Assembly: GCA_041674405.1 (NCBI GenBank)
Contig: JBAYVT010000001.1
Location: forward strand, 1,012 to 65,011
Direction: 5' to 3'
DNA from: Patescibacteria group bacterium
GTDB taxonomy: Bacteria > Patescibacteriota > UBA1384 > XYA2-FULL-43-10
Length of the DNA: 64,000 nt
A model generated the notes under the pieces. That model worked only from the letters and a program-made list of their open reading frames with translations, did no database searches and had not been told where the DNA came from. Positions 45,122-55,800 of the stretch are shown piece after piece. The position numbers were made by a program, and so were the translations under genes. The first letter of the stretch is position 1. The number at the start of each line of letters is the position of its first letter.

Positions 45122-45507
45122 ACTATTTTTACTTTCTTAGTTTGGAAAAATAATTCTAAAAGACCGATCACTAAAACAATTGGAATACCGATCCAAAAAT
45201 CCAAAATTTTTACGCCGCGTAAAATGAATAACGAAGTGATAGCAGATGAAAACAACACTGCCTGACGGACTGATGGCCAAAATAGTGAAAAAATAATTTC
45301 AGATTTCTTCAGATAAATTTTTAGATAAAAAAGTATAATTGAAAACATTCCTGCCAAGCCCAAAAATAGAGACAAATAAAAGTATACAAAGTTAGCTACC
45401 GAGGCATCGAAAGGATTATAATTAAAAACACACAAAATGAATGAAGCGATAGCCACAACCGTGATTGAATATACAAAAAATAAATTTGCCTTCAGCATCA
45501 AGAACAT
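45118..45507 (-). CDS. Membrane protein (129 aa, 4 TM), overlaps pheS start by 4 nt
   Basis: Hydrophobic ORF translationally coupled to pheS. Confidence 0.4.
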   Translation of the reverse strand: MFLMLKANLFFVYSITVVAIASFILCVFNYNPFDASVANFVYFYLSLFLGLAGMFSIILFYLKIYLKKSEIIFSLFWPSVRQAVLFSSAITSLFILRGVKILDFWIGIPIVLVIGLLELFFQTKKVKIV

Positions 45508-45540
45508 AATATCAGATTTTAGCCGAAAAATTAAGAGTGA

Positions 45541-45858
45541 TTATAGCTTTTTAAAAAGGTTATCAACCTTTTCTGCGTAGCTTTCATTAAGATCAAGAAT
45601 AAATCTAAAATTTGGAATAATACGAAGCTTTATTTTCCCTGCCAGGTCTTTGCGGATTTCTTTTGCGTGAAAGTTTAGCTGATCGACAATTTTCTGATCA
45701 TCATTTAATACACTGATATATATTTTTGAAGATGAAAGATCGGATGACGTATCAACCCTGACAATTGAGGCAATATTTCCCCCAATGTAGTCCAAAATAC
45801 TAAACGAGAGCTTAGAAAGAATGAGTGCGTTGACTTGTTTAATGCGTGAGGAATCCAT
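45541..45858 (-). CDS. rbfA: Ribosome-binding factor A
   Basis: 105 aa KH-like. RIKQVNALILSKLSFSIL...IASIVRVDTSSDLSSSKIYIS pattern typical of RbfA. Confidence 0.6.
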   Translation of the reverse strand: MDSSRIKQVNALILSKLSFSILDYIGGNIASIVRVDTSSDLSSSKIYISVLNDDQKIVDQLNFHAKEIRKDLAGKIKLRIIPNFRFILDLNESYAEKVDNLFKKL

Positions 45859-45934
45859 GGTTAGTCCTTAGTTTGTAGTCCTTAGTCTGTAGAAAATTCA
45901 CTACGAGCTACGGACTACTTACTACTGACTGACT

Positions 45935-46321
45935 TTATCGCTTAGACCATTGTGGAGCACGGCGGGCACCTTTAAGCCCTGGCTTCTTTCGTTCTTTTTC
46001 TCGAGGATCACGCGAGAGCAGCCCGGCTTTTTTCAAAGATGTACGAAATTCTGAATTATATTCAACCAAAGCGCGGGAAATGCCGTGGCGGATAGCCTCT
46101 TTTTGGCTTTGAAATCCACCGCCGACTACCTTAGCAGATACAGCGAAAGAACCCTTCTTGCCAACTATTTCAAAAGGTAAAATAATTTCTTCTGAAAGAT
46201 CAGTGGTTTTGTCGTTTATTGAACTCTCTTTTTTGCCCTCAAAAATACGAACGCGTGCAACTGCGCTCTTGCGCCTTCCGGTACCGAAATAATATTTTTC
46301 TTTTTTTGCGGTTTCTGCCAT
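45935..46321 (-). CDS. rpsI: 30S ribosomal protein S9
   Basis: C-terminal PQWSKR, GGGFQSQKEAIRHGISRAL. Confidence 0.9.
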   Translation of the reverse strand: MAETAKKEKYYFGTGRRKSAVARVRIFEGKKESSINDKTTDLSEEIILPFEIVGKKGSFAVSAKVVGGGFQSQKEAIRHGISRALVEYNSEFRTSLKKAGLLSRDPREKERKKPGLKGARRAPQWSKR

Positions 46322-46329
46322 GTTCTACC

Positions 46330-46740
46330 TTACTTGTTTACAAATTTAACATTAACGTGCGGATGCTGGTCTCCGGCATAAACTTTAAGCCGATTAAGTT
46401 TTAAAGCTTGAAGCTTGTTTTTGGGTAACATTCCGGAAACAGCGTGCTTAATGATAAATTCAGGATTTTCCTCTTTAATATCTTTGTATTCTTTGGTTTT
46501 AAGATTGCCAATATAACTCGTGTGCTTATAATACCTTTTGTCGAGCTCTTTGTTTCCGCTAAGCTTAACATCTTTTGCATTGATAACAACAACATAACCA
46601 CCAAGGTCAAGATTTGGTAAGTAATCCGGGCGGTTTTTGCCGTTTAGTATATCAGCAATTCGGGTGCATGAACGACCGAGAATTTGATCCTTCAGGTCGA
46701 AGATATACCAGTTTCGATTTTGTTCAGTTTTATTAGCCAT
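46330..46740 (-). CDS. rplM: 50S ribosomal protein L13
   Basis: WYIFDLKDQILGR N-terminus. Confidence 0.9.
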   Translation of the reverse strand: MANKTEQNRNWYIFDLKDQILGRSCTRIADILNGKNRPDYLPNLDLGGYVVVINAKDVKLSGNKELDKRYYKHTSYIGNLKTKEYKDIKEENPEFIIKHAVSGMLPKNKLQALKLNRLKVYAGDQHPHVNVKFVNK

Positions 46741-46741
46741 A

Positions 46742-47179
46742 TTATTTCTTTGTTATCTCTTTTTCACTAGTTTTCTTTGCAAGTTTCTTTTGGGAATCCT
46801 TTTTATCATCCGTGGCTTTCTCGGGTTCCTTGACGAAAACTTTTTTATCCACTAGCATAAGGCGCACGACCTGAGCATTGTCTCCAAGTCTTTTATGGAG
46901 CCGGTAGCTTTTGATAAATCCGGATTTTCTTTCAGAATATCGTTGTTTGAGGTCGGTAAGGACTTTGTCGGCGGCATTTTTATCAAAAAGTATGGAATAA
47001 ATCTGTCTTTTTGCATGAAGGTCATCAAGTTTAGCTTTTACAATAATCTTTTCCACAAAAGCCTTAACTTCTTTGGCTCTCGGGGCTGTGGTGTCGATTT
47101 GTTCGTACAACAAAAGAGACGCCGCAGCGTTGCGAATTACATGCTCTCTATGCGCTTTTTTCATCCCAAGTTGTCTCAT
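46742..47179 (-). CDS. rplQ: 50S ribosomal protein L17 with Lys-rich C-terminal extension
   Basis: MRQLGMKKAHREHVIRN...; about 30 aa basic tail. Confidence 0.85.
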   Translation of the reverse strand: MRQLGMKKAHREHVIRNAAASLLLYEQIDTTAPRAKEVKAFVEKIIVKAKLDDLHAKRQIYSILFDKNAADKVLTDLKQRYSERKSGFIKSYRLHKRLGDNAQVVRLMLVDKKVFVKEPEKATDDKKDSQKKLAKKTSEKEITKK

Positions 47180-47180
47180 A

Positions 47181-48131
47181 TTAACTCAGCTTCTCTTTTA
47201 CCTCGTCAATTCCCTTTTGCCCAAGTCCCTTGATTTCGGATAATTTAAGATCGGACAATCTTTTAAGGCCAGCTATAGTTTTAATTCCGGCATTAACCAA
47301 AGCATTCGTGGTTCGTTGCGAAAAATTAGCGTCTTCAATTTTTGTTTTTGGGTCAAGTCCGATTTCGTCAGCTTCTTCTTCGCCACCCAACAATTCTTCT
47401 TCTTCTATTTCAACTTCGTTTTTTGGCATCTCGGTAAGCTCAAACGGAACCTCTTCATTGAAGGCAAAAGCCTTGTAATGATCAATCAAAATGTTTGACG
47501 CGGATATTAATGCATCATATGGAGCAATACTTCCGTCACTATCGATCTCAATGACCAATTTGTCATAGTTTGTCATCTGGCCAACACGGGTATTTTCAAT
47601 ATCCATTTTAACTCGGGTAATTGGGGAAAATGCAGCATCGATGTCAATTCGACCAATTTCTTTTCCTTTGTCGGTAAAGTCTTCGGTAGATCTAAATCCT
47701 CTGTCTTTTTCAATTGTAACTTCAAGTTCGAATTGAGCACCTTTATCCAGTGTGGCAATGTGAACTTCTGGATTAATTATTTCAATGCTAGAATTCTTAG
47801 AAAAATCAGCACCAGTGACTTCGCCGGGACCTTTTTTGGAAATCATCAATGCGGTCGGTTCATCACTATCTGATTTAACATTAATCTCCTTAAGGTTGAG
47901 CATAATTTCAAGGAGATCCTCCTTAACATGCGAGATCGCTGTAAACTCATGAGGAGCACCCTCAAGCTTAAAAGATGTGATCGCTGATCCAGGAATAGAT
48001 GACAGTAAAACACGTCTTAACGCATTGCCAAGAGTAGCACCATAGCCAGGATAAAGCGGATCAATAACAAACCTGGATTTGTTATCCTCAAGCTTTTCCT
48101 CTCTAATTTTTGGCAGAGATATTTTCTCCAT
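47181..48131 (-). CDS. rpoA: DNA-directed RNA polymerase subunit alpha
   Basis: N-terminal dimerisation domain (GYGATLGNALRRVLLSS). C-terminal alpha-CTD HhH (LSDLKLSEIKGLGQKGIDEV). Confidence 0.9.
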   Translation of the reverse strand: MEKISLPKIREEKLEDNKSRFVIDPLYPGYGATLGNALRRVLLSSIPGSAITSFKLEGAPHEFTAISHVKEDLLEIMLNLKEINVKSDSDEPTALMISKKGPGEVTGADFSKNSSIEIINPEVHIATLDKGAQFELEVTIEKDRGFRSTEDFTDKGKEIGRIDIDAAFSPITRVKMDIENTRVGQMTNYDKLVIEIDSDGSIAPYDALISASNILIDHYKAFAFNEEVPFELTEMPKNEVEIEEEELLGGEEEADEIGLDPKTKIEDANFSQRTTNALVNAGIKTIAGLKRLSDLKLSEIKGLGQKGIDEVKEKLS

Positions 48132-48144
48132 ATTTATCTCCTTT

Positions 48145-48738
48145 TTATCTAGAGTAAAATTCTACGATTAAATTCTCATTAATATTTAGTTCGATTTCCA
48201 CTCTCTCAGGTATGTGTTTTACTAATATTTCTTTTTTTGCATCATCTAAGGAAATCCAGTTTGGTGCAGCATTTTTTGTATTTTTAACAATCTCCAACGT
48301 TTTGGGATATTTCACAACATCGTTGGGTTTGACAATAATTGAAGGTGAAGTTGCTCGTTTGTTGTTTACATAAACACGACCGTGAGATGCTAGCTGGCGA
48401 GCCGTGGCATGCGAATTTACAATTCCACTTCGGAACAAAACATTATCAAGCCGTGATTCCAACAACGAAACCAGATTTTCAGCGGTATTTCCTGTTTTCC
48501 TGTCAGCGTTTTCGTAATATATTTTGAGTTGGGATTCTGATATACCATAAACTTTTCTGATTTTTTGTTTTTCGCGAAGCTGTTTGCCGTATTCAGATAG
48601 TTTGATTCGTGATGTCGGGCCATGCTGCCCTGGCACATAAGGTCTTTTTACAACTGCACACTTTGGAGAAAGACAACGCTCTCCTTTGAGCATCAATTTC
48701 TCTCCTTCGCGTCTACATTTTCTGCATCCATGATTCAT
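48145..48738 (-). CDS. rpsD: 30S ribosomal protein S4
   Basis: Zn-finger CRKCRREGEKL...C, S4 domain. Start taken at the internal ATG just after the rpsK stop. Confidence 0.85.
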   Translation of the reverse strand: MNHGCRKCRREGEKLMLKGERCLSPKCAVVKRPYVPGQHGPTSRIKLSEYGKQLREKQKIRKVYGISESQLKIYYENADRKTGNTAENLVSLLESRLDNVLFRSGIVNSHATARQLASHGRVYVNNKRATSPSIIVKPNDVVKYPKTLEIVKNTKNAAPNWISLDDAKKEILVKHIPERVEIELNINENLIVEFYSR

Positions 48739-48740
48739 AA

Positions 48741-49145
48741 CTATACTCTTCTTTCTTTCTTCGCACGGCATCCGTTATGTGCAATTGGGGTGATATCTTT
48801 GATTGTCTCCACGGTAAGGTTGGAATTAATCAAAGCTCGAACGGCTGATTCTCTTCCTGCACCTACACCGGAAACAAACACTTTTACTTTGGAAAGGCCG
48901 TATGCTTTTGCTTTTTCAACAGCATCAGTTGCAGCAAGCTGCGCAGCATAGGGAGTAGATTTCTTCGTCCCCTTAAAACCAATCGAACCGGCAGATGCCC
49001 AAGTTACTACATTTCCATCTTCATCTGTCACGGAAATAATTGTATTGTTAAAGGATGACTGAATATAAATACTTCCAGAATAAACTGATTTTTTGACCTT
49101 TTTTCTTACCACTTTTGTGGCTTTTTTATCAACAGCTTTTGCCAT
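48741..49145 (-). CDS. rpsK: 30S ribosomal protein S11
   Basis: IYIQSSFNNTIISVTD...GFKGTKKSTPYAAQ. Confidence 0.9.
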   Translation of the reverse strand: MAKAVDKKATKVVRKKVKKSVYSGSIYIQSSFNNTIISVTDEDGNVVTWASAGSIGFKGTKKSTPYAAQLAATDAVEKAKAYGLSKVKVFVSGVGAGRESAVRALINSNLTVETIKDITPIAHNGCRAKKERRV

Positions 49146-49155
49146 TTATTTCCTC

Positions 49156-49539
49156 TTATGTCTTTTGAGCGGCAGGTTTACGCCCGGAGCCAACAGTAAT
49201 TTTCTTACCACGTTTGGTTCGAGCATTTGTTTTGGTGCGTTGTCCTCTGGCTGGCAAACCTTTAATATGCCGAACCCCCCGATAAGCACCAACCTCTTTG
49301 AGCCGTTTAATATTTTGGCTAATCATCATCCTAAGATCACCCTCAACCTTGAATGCAGCAATAGCTTTTCTGATTTTCTCAACATCAGTCTCACTCAAAT
49401 CTTTAACGCGAATATCGCCGCTTACGCCGGATTTTTCAATAATTTTTCGGCTGGTTGTACTGCCTATGCCAAAAATATATGTGAGGGCAATATTTAATTT
49501 TTTTTCGTTAGGAATATTTACGCCAGCTATTCTTGCCAT
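49156..49539 (-). CDS. rpsM: 30S ribosomal protein S13
   Basis: [26 protein letters not shown]. Confidence 0.9.
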   Translation of the reverse strand: MARIAGVNIPNEKKLNIALTYIFGIGSTTSRKIIEKSGVSGDIRVKDLSETDVEKIRKAIAAFKVEGDLRMMISQNIKRLKEVGAYRGVRHIKGLPARGQRTKTNARTKRGKKITVGSGRKPAAQKT

Positions 49540-49540
49540 G

Positions 49541-49687
49541 TTATCCTTGCCTCTGCTTGTGTTTAGGGTTTTCGCAAATCACAAAAATTCGTTCCTTCGC
49601 GCTTGTTCGTTTGGACTTGCCTTTCTTGCTGCGAGAAACGATTTTGCATTTGTCGCACATTTTTTTTACAGATGGTCTAACTTTCAT
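49541..49687 (-). CDS. rpmJ: 50S ribosomal protein L36 (with about 10-aa internal insertion)
   Basis: Hand-translated: [48 protein letters not shown]. Not in the ORF track because it is under 60 aa. Confidence 0.8.
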   Translation of the reverse strand: MKVRPSVKKMCDKCKIVSRSKKGKSKRTSAKERIFVICENPKHKQRQG

Positions 49688-49701
49688 TGTTTATATTCGG
49701 C

Positions 49702-49923
49702 TTACGCAATATCGCGAAATACAATTCTGCCTTTGGTTAAATCATAAGGCGACATTTCTATAGAAACCTTATCTCCAGGAAGAACGCTAATTCGATGCAT
49801 TCGCATTTTTCCACCAAGCGATGCAGTAATTTCGTATCCTGAATCAAGTTTAACTAAAAAACTAGCATTGGGGAGGGTTTGGATTACCGCTCCCTTCGCT
49901 GTTATGACATTTTCTTTTTTCAT
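49702..49923 (-). CDS. infA: Translation initiation factor IF-1
   Basis: S1-like OB: [39 protein letters not shown]...IVFR. Confidence 0.85.
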   Translation of the reverse strand: MKKENVITAKGAVIQTLPNASFLVKLDSGYEITASLGGKMRMHRISVLPGDKVSIEMSPYDLTKGRIVFRDIA

Positions 49924-50058
49924 ACTACACAAGGGATAATATCATATTAAACGAGTAGAGTCAACACTGCTTATACGAATCCATACACTGATCAATACAA
50001 TCGCTAATATTTGGCAAAATTACGTGTAATTTGGGTTGATTTAGGTATCCGATTTAAA

Positions 50059-50820
50059 CTATACAGTTATAATTTCGCTTCTTTTACTGCCAATCAAAAT
50101 TGTGTGTTCGAAATGCGCCGCTTTACTCCCGTCTAGTGTTGATACGCTCCATCCATCAGAGGATGTCTTAACATCGTGCGAACCCACAACAACCATAGGC
50201 TCAATTGCTACGGCGATTCCGGAAACAAGTTTTTCTCCTTCGTTTTTCCTTCCAAAATTGGGTATTTGTGGATCTTCATGCACATTACGCCCTACCCCGT
50301 GCCCAACAAGCGCACGAACAACACTAAAACCCTCTTTTTTAATATACATTTCAACAGCGTTTCCAATATCACCAGTGGTGTGGCCGGCTATTGCATTGGC
50401 AATTGCAATTTTAAGGGCCTGCTCTGTGACCTTAATAAGTTTCTCGTCGATTTTATTTTTTGGAGAGCCGGCAATTACACTCTTTGCCATATCCGTATTC
50501 ATTCCGTGATAGTTAACGCCTAGGTCGACTGAAACAATGTCGCCTTCGCGAATAATTTTATTTGGATAAGGAATTCCGTGGACGATTTCATCATTTAGAG
50601 AGACGCACAAAGCAGCAGGAAATGGATTATCATCTCCGGGAGGATAGTTTTTAAAGGATGGAGTGCCACCTTGCTGCCTGATTGACGATTCGGCTATTTG
50701 ATCCAATGAAGCCGCGGAAATCCCGGGTTTAATCGCGAGAATCACCTCAGAAAGGGCATTTTTGAGTATTTTGCCCGATTTGCGGAGTAATTTAATTTCG
50801 TTGCTACTTAATTTCTGCAT
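50059..50820 (-). CDS. map: Methionine aminopeptidase type I
   Basis: Pita-bread metal ligands (D...D...H...E...E). GHGVGRNVHEDP. Confidence 0.9.
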   Translation of the reverse strand: MQKLSSNEIKLLRKSGKILKNALSEVILAIKPGISAASLDQIAESSIRQQGGTPSFKNYPPGDDNPFPAALCVSLNDEIVHGIPYPNKIIREGDIVSVDLGVNYHGMNTDMAKSVIAGSPKNKIDEKLIKVTEQALKIAIANAIAGHTTGDIGNAVEMYIKKEGFSVVRALVGHGVGRNVHEDPQIPNFGRKNEGEKLVSGIAVAIEPMVVVGSHDVKTSSDGWSVSTLDGSKAAHFEHTILIGSKRSEIITV

Positions 50821-51460
50821 TAATTACTTTTTCTTCAATTTCTTTTTCTACCTCGGGAATGGTTTGTTCGCCATTTATTTCAATCAAGATTGCCTGATTC
50901 TTAAACTCCTCAACAACATCGTCAATCCTTGGCTTGTAAATAGAAATTCTGTTCTCAACTACTTCGGCCTTATCATCAGCCCTTGAAATCAAAGAACCAC
51001 CGCATGCATCACAGATTGTAGCTGTTCCGCCGATAAAGTTTTTGCCACATTTTGAACATACTTTTCGGTTTAAAATTCTATTGAGCGCAGATTCTGGTTC
51101 AATTTTAATCCAGACGCATACCGGTTTATCAATACCAAGATCCTTGCACATCTCAAAAAATAAGTCGGATTGGTTTTTTGTAAAAGGAAAATTATCTAAA
51201 ACAATATCGCCCTCTATGCCATCAATATTTTTTTTAATGATATCAACGGCAATTTCATCCGGCTGTGGAATTCCCTTATCATAACGCTCTTTCATTTCTT
51301 TGTAGAATGGATCAGAAAAATCAGCATTTTCCAGCTCTTTTCGAATTAGATTACCCATACCAAAAACGGTAACTTTCATTTTTTTCGCCATTATTTCAGC
51401 TTGCGTTCCTTTACCTGATCCCGGTAACCCGAGAAAGCTGTAGACTGTTCTTTCTGACAT
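50804..51460 (-). CDS. adk: Adenylate kinase (with Zn-binding lid)
   Basis: P-loop GLPGSGKGTQ. Lid CSKCGKNF...CDACGGSL. Confidence 0.9.
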   Translation of the reverse strand: MSERTVYSFLGLPGSGKGTQAEIMAKKMKVTVFGMGNLIRKELENADFSDPFYKEMKERYDKGIPQPDEIAVDIIKKNIDGIEGDIVLDNFPFTKNQSDLFFEMCKDLGIDKPVCVWIKIEPESALNRILNRKVCSKCGKNFIGGTATICDACGGSLISRADDKAEVVENRISIYKPRIDDVVEEFKNQAILIEINGEQTIPEVEKEIEEKVINAEIK

Positions 51461-51513
51461 TTGTTTTCCTTAAATTAACAATAATTATTCCTAAATTATC
51501 TTTTATTTTTAAA

Positions 51514-52788
51514 TTAGTAATGATCGTATGTATGCATTAAAAGCTGGGCGGTAAGCTGTCTCATAGTGTCAATAATGACGGCAACGAGAATTAGTATGCC
51601 TGTTCCACCGATTGCAAGGGTAGAAATATTTGTTACCGATTGAACAATATATGGCAACACACCGATAAGGCCAAGGAATACTGCCCCCAGAAATGTAATT
51701 CTGCTAATAATTTTTCCTAAATATATTTTAGTTTCCGTTCCGGGCCTTAGTCCAGGTAAATAACCGCCCTGTTTTTGTAAATTTTCAGAAATCTGGTCCG
51801 GTTTAAACACTACCGATGTATAGAAGAAAGTGAACAAGAAAATCAGTATGAAATATATGATAGCGTAATACAAATTGTTGTTCACAAGTGTAACTATCCA
51901 AGTTGCAGCATGTTTTATCCAATCAGTTTTTGCGTTTTCAAGATATTTGCCGAGGACGCCTGGAATAACCATAATACTCATGGCAAAGATTATCGGAATT
52001 ACCCCCGCTGTATTTACGCGAATCGGAAGATGAGAATCAACCGCGCCATATTGCGTAGCTCCTCTTGCCCGACGAGCATAAGAAACGGAAATATTTCTTT
52101 GGCCCTCGGTTATATAGATAATTGCTGCGACAATAAGGACAAGCAGAATGCCAATGCCAACAACGCTCAAGATTTTGGTAACATCGCCGGCAGTTAAAAG
52201 AGCGGCTGTATTTCGAAATTGGGTCGGAAATCCGGATAAAATACCCAATGAAATTATCAGTGAAATTCCATTGCCAATCCCTTTTTCGGAGATTAATTCA
52301 CCAAGCCACATAAGAAGCATAGTACCAGCCGAAGCAGAAATCAGCATCATAATAAGATCAAACATAGTCCAAGATGGGACAATGCCTTGGCTGCGTAAGA
52401 CTGCAAGCATAGCATAGGCCTGCAATATTGCGATGGGAACGGTGGCATATCTTGTCCATTGATTTATTTTTTGTTGGCCGGATTGGCCTTCTTTCTGAAG
52501 CTCCTCAATGCTTGGCACAACCATTGCTAAGAGCTGAAATATAATAGATGAGGTTATATACGGGCCAACCCCCATCAAAATGACAGAAAAATTGCTCATC
52601 GTGCCACCAGAGAACATATCAAGTAGTCCAAATATCTGGTTATTTTGGAAAAACAATTTTAGTTGGTTAAAATCTACGCCAGGCAACGGAACATGAGCAA
52701 TTAGCCGCGTTAACAATAGCAGTGAAACGGCAATAATTACCTTGTTTCGTAAATCCTTATACTGCCAGATTTTAGTCAAAAAGTTCAT
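51514..52788 (-). CDS. secY: Preprotein translocase subunit SecY
   Basis: 10 TM. 424 aa. Conserved N-terminus LRNKVIIAVSLLLLTRLIAHVPLPGVD. Confidence 0.9.
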   Translation of the reverse strand: MNFLTKIWQYKDLRNKVIIAVSLLLLTRLIAHVPLPGVDFNQLKLFFQNNQIFGLLDMFSGGTMSNFSVILMGVGPYITSSIIFQLLAMVVPSIEELQKEGQSGQQKINQWTRYATVPIAILQAYAMLAVLRSQGIVPSWTMFDLIMMLISASAGTMLLMWLGELISEKGIGNGISLIISLGILSGFPTQFRNTAALLTAGDVTKILSVVGIGILLVLIVAAIIYITEGQRNISVSYARRARGATQYGAVDSHLPIRVNTAGVIPIIFAMSIMVIPGVLGKYLENAKTDWIKHAATWIVTLVNNNLYYAIIYFILIFLFTFFYTSVVFKPDQISENLQKQGGYLPGLRPGTETKIYLGKIISRITFLGAVFLGLIGVLPYIVQSVTNISTLAIGGTGILILVAVIIDTMRQLTAQLLMHTYDHY

Positions 52789-52818
52789 ACAAAAAAATTC
52801 CGCTTATTTAGCTCTTCG

Positions 52819-52847
52819 ATTTTAACTTAATATTATGCGTAAGTCAA
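52819..52847 (-). promoter_or_regulatory. Sigma70-like promoter for secY (TTGACT-N17-TAAAAT)
   Basis: On the minus strand: cgTTGACTtacgcataatattaagtTAAAATcg, about 30 nt upstream of the secY ATG. Confidence 0.4.
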
Positions 52848-52899
52848 CGATAAATTAGTTTGAAAGATTGAGACATGAGATGAAAACAACGATCGTAAT

Positions 52900-55800
52900 C
52901 TAATATCTTGAAAATATCTTTATCCAAGAAAACGCCCGCTGAAAAGCTTCCAGTATGAGATTTAAGGCGGATTGCTGGGCTTTCTGGGTGATTACAGCAT
53001 TGTCTTCCGATGTGCCAGGATTGCCGGCTTTGTCTTTGGATACGGCTCTTAAATGGTAGGTCTTGGTCGGATCAAGATTGGAGATAATGACAACATGGGC
53101 ATTGGAATAGGATCCGTCTTCCTGGGTTTTGGAAGAATAATTGGAAGATGATACTCCTTCGCCGTATTCAACCTGAGAGGTAGAGGTTTCATCTGTGCGC
53201 CAGGAAACAACCACTTGGGCTTTACCACCATCGGATGATGTGCCGGTTTTGGATTCAATGGTAAGTTCTGTTACTTTTGGCGGACGGGAATCAAGAGCGG
53301 TTTTAAAAGTGTTGGTATCACTTGTGGCCTTGTTACCATATTGGTCTGTGCCTGAAGCAGTAAGAGTGTAGGAGGCGTTGTCAGAAAGATTTGCAATGCT
53401 GATTTCATGATCTTTCTTCATGTCGGAAGTAGCTACTTCTCTCTGTTCTCCACCAGATGGACCATAAAGGACAGATGAGGTGGTCTCGACATTGGTTGCC
53501 CAAGTTACCTTCATGCCAGCATAGGCCTGATCGTCAACGGGCTCAAAGCGAAGATTGGAGATGATGGGGATGGGGGGAGTGGAAAAATCCTTAAGGCCAT
53601 AAAATCTTGTTCCGTCTTGAGCTGTCGCATCAACTCTTAATTGATAGCTGGTACCACCAGAAAGACCAGCTAGTTCTTTAGAAAATTCAGTGCTATAGGT
53701 ATCACTGACAACAATTGATTGGCCAAGATCGCCAACACCAAATTCCAAATTAGTTTTTGCTGGATAAGTGGTAGTCCATGAAACGCTTGCAAGTGTTGGA
53801 GTCAAGACTTTGACTTCTAAATTTTTAATGCCTGGTGCCACCGCCGTGGTGGTCTCATGCCAGGCAGATTCTCCAGTGTTGGCAGAAGTATCCATCCATG
53901 TGACTTTGTAACGATAAGTGCGTTCCGGTTCGAGGCCAACCACCCTTACATTGTGGTTGATGTCAAAACCACCGAAGGCTTGTTCGGTGAGATATTCATT
54001 GCCCTCATAGACGATAACTGATCCTTTGGTGTTTTTGTTAGTCGTCCAGCTCACCGTGATCGATGACGGACCGGCAGTAACGTTCGGCCCATCGATGATG
54101 TTTACTACTCCAGTAGAGCAGTAAACTCCGGTCTGATAAGCAGAGACATTACCTGCATTGTCTTTCGATCTAATGTATATTACATTATCTCCTTCTTGAT
54201 AAGGATGAAGGGAAAGCGTGGTATCGGCAGTAGATTGGACTTGGCCTTGAGAACCATTTTTGTAGTCATAACCAGCAATACCGGCACCGCCGGAATCTCC
54301 GGGAGCATCCCAGGTGGCGGTGAAGTCTTGGGTGGTGGAACAGCCAACAGGAGATAGATTGATATACTCCGGAGCAGGTGGCGGACCGCCATCATAGGAA
54401 TACGTGAATAACTTGGTGGCGGGAGTTTGAATATTCAGGTCGTTATCTTCGGATTTAATAAGCAGATAATATGTGACTCCGGATGTCAAAGCGCCTGCTG
54501 GCACTTGGATATGTTGTTCTGTATCTGCTGCACCGGAATGGGCTTGATAGTGATATGCGCCACTTGATTCCAAAACACCAGATGTAGAGACGGGATCAGC
54601 TGAATCAGAGGTACCAAAGTAGATAAGGTAGCCGCGGATACCGGAACCCCCTTCTTCATCAGCCGCTCCGGCGAAGGTGATGTAGGGACTAGCACTATTT
54701 CCCCAGCCGGAGTCGGTAAACTCGGTGGTCTTTCCGGAGTCACTGTAGAAATGGGCAGAGGAGGGATTGGTGGGGGCAGTAGTATCTGATCCGGTATGAG
54801 TAATGGTGATATTATCCATCATCCCATCCCAGCGGTCGGTTATAGAGTTCACTCGGCTACCGATGTAAAAGTAATAACCACACGAAAGGTTCCCCCAAGG
54901 AGTATCATCAAGAAGAGACGCCACCTCTGTACTATTAACATTAAGTGATATTATTCCACTAGTCCCATCGTAAAGGACCTGAACATTATTCCAGCTCCCG
55001 TCCGCCAAACTAAGAGCTTGGGATTCCAAAACCAGCTTACGGCTTGCAGTTGTAAGATACATTCTAAGCCTGTAATCAAAGATGTCGTAGACCAATCGCA
55101 GTTCGTCTGTGCTCCCCTGGGCGTCAAAAAGTATCTTTTCTTTTGTAAAAGTCGACAAAAAGCCCGATCCGTCAATTTTTGTTTGGACAACTCGATTGTT
55201 TTGATAGTCAACAATATAGATATTTTCAGAAGTCACATCATAAGCAATTCCTCGGGGATAATTGAAATTACCGACTCCACTTCCGTTTGTACCGTAAGTT
55301 GTCCACCCGGTGCCATCCATCTTGGTTTTTACAATGCGATGATTGTTATAATCAGTCACAAAAATATTGCCACTTTCTGAATCGACCGTAATACCGCGAG
55401 GTCCATTGAAATTACCTGTCCCATTGCCAGCAGTACCGTAAGCTGTCCATCCTGTGCCGTCCATTTTAGTTTTGACAATGCGGTTGTTGCTATAGTCAGC
55501 GACATAAACATAATCATTGACTTGATCATAATCAATGTAGCAAGGATTGCTGAAGTTTCCTTCACCGCTGCCATTTGTGCCGTAAGCCGTCCACCCGGTG
55601 CCATCCATCTTGGTTTTTACAATACGGTTATTGCCATAATCAACGACGTAAACGTAATCACCAACTGAATCATAAGCAATACCATATGGATGATTAAAAT
55701 TGCCAATGCCACTGCCCACCGTTCCGTAAGCCGTCCACCCGGTGCCATCCATCTTGGTTTTCACGATACGGTTGTTGCTATAGTCAGCGACATAAACATA

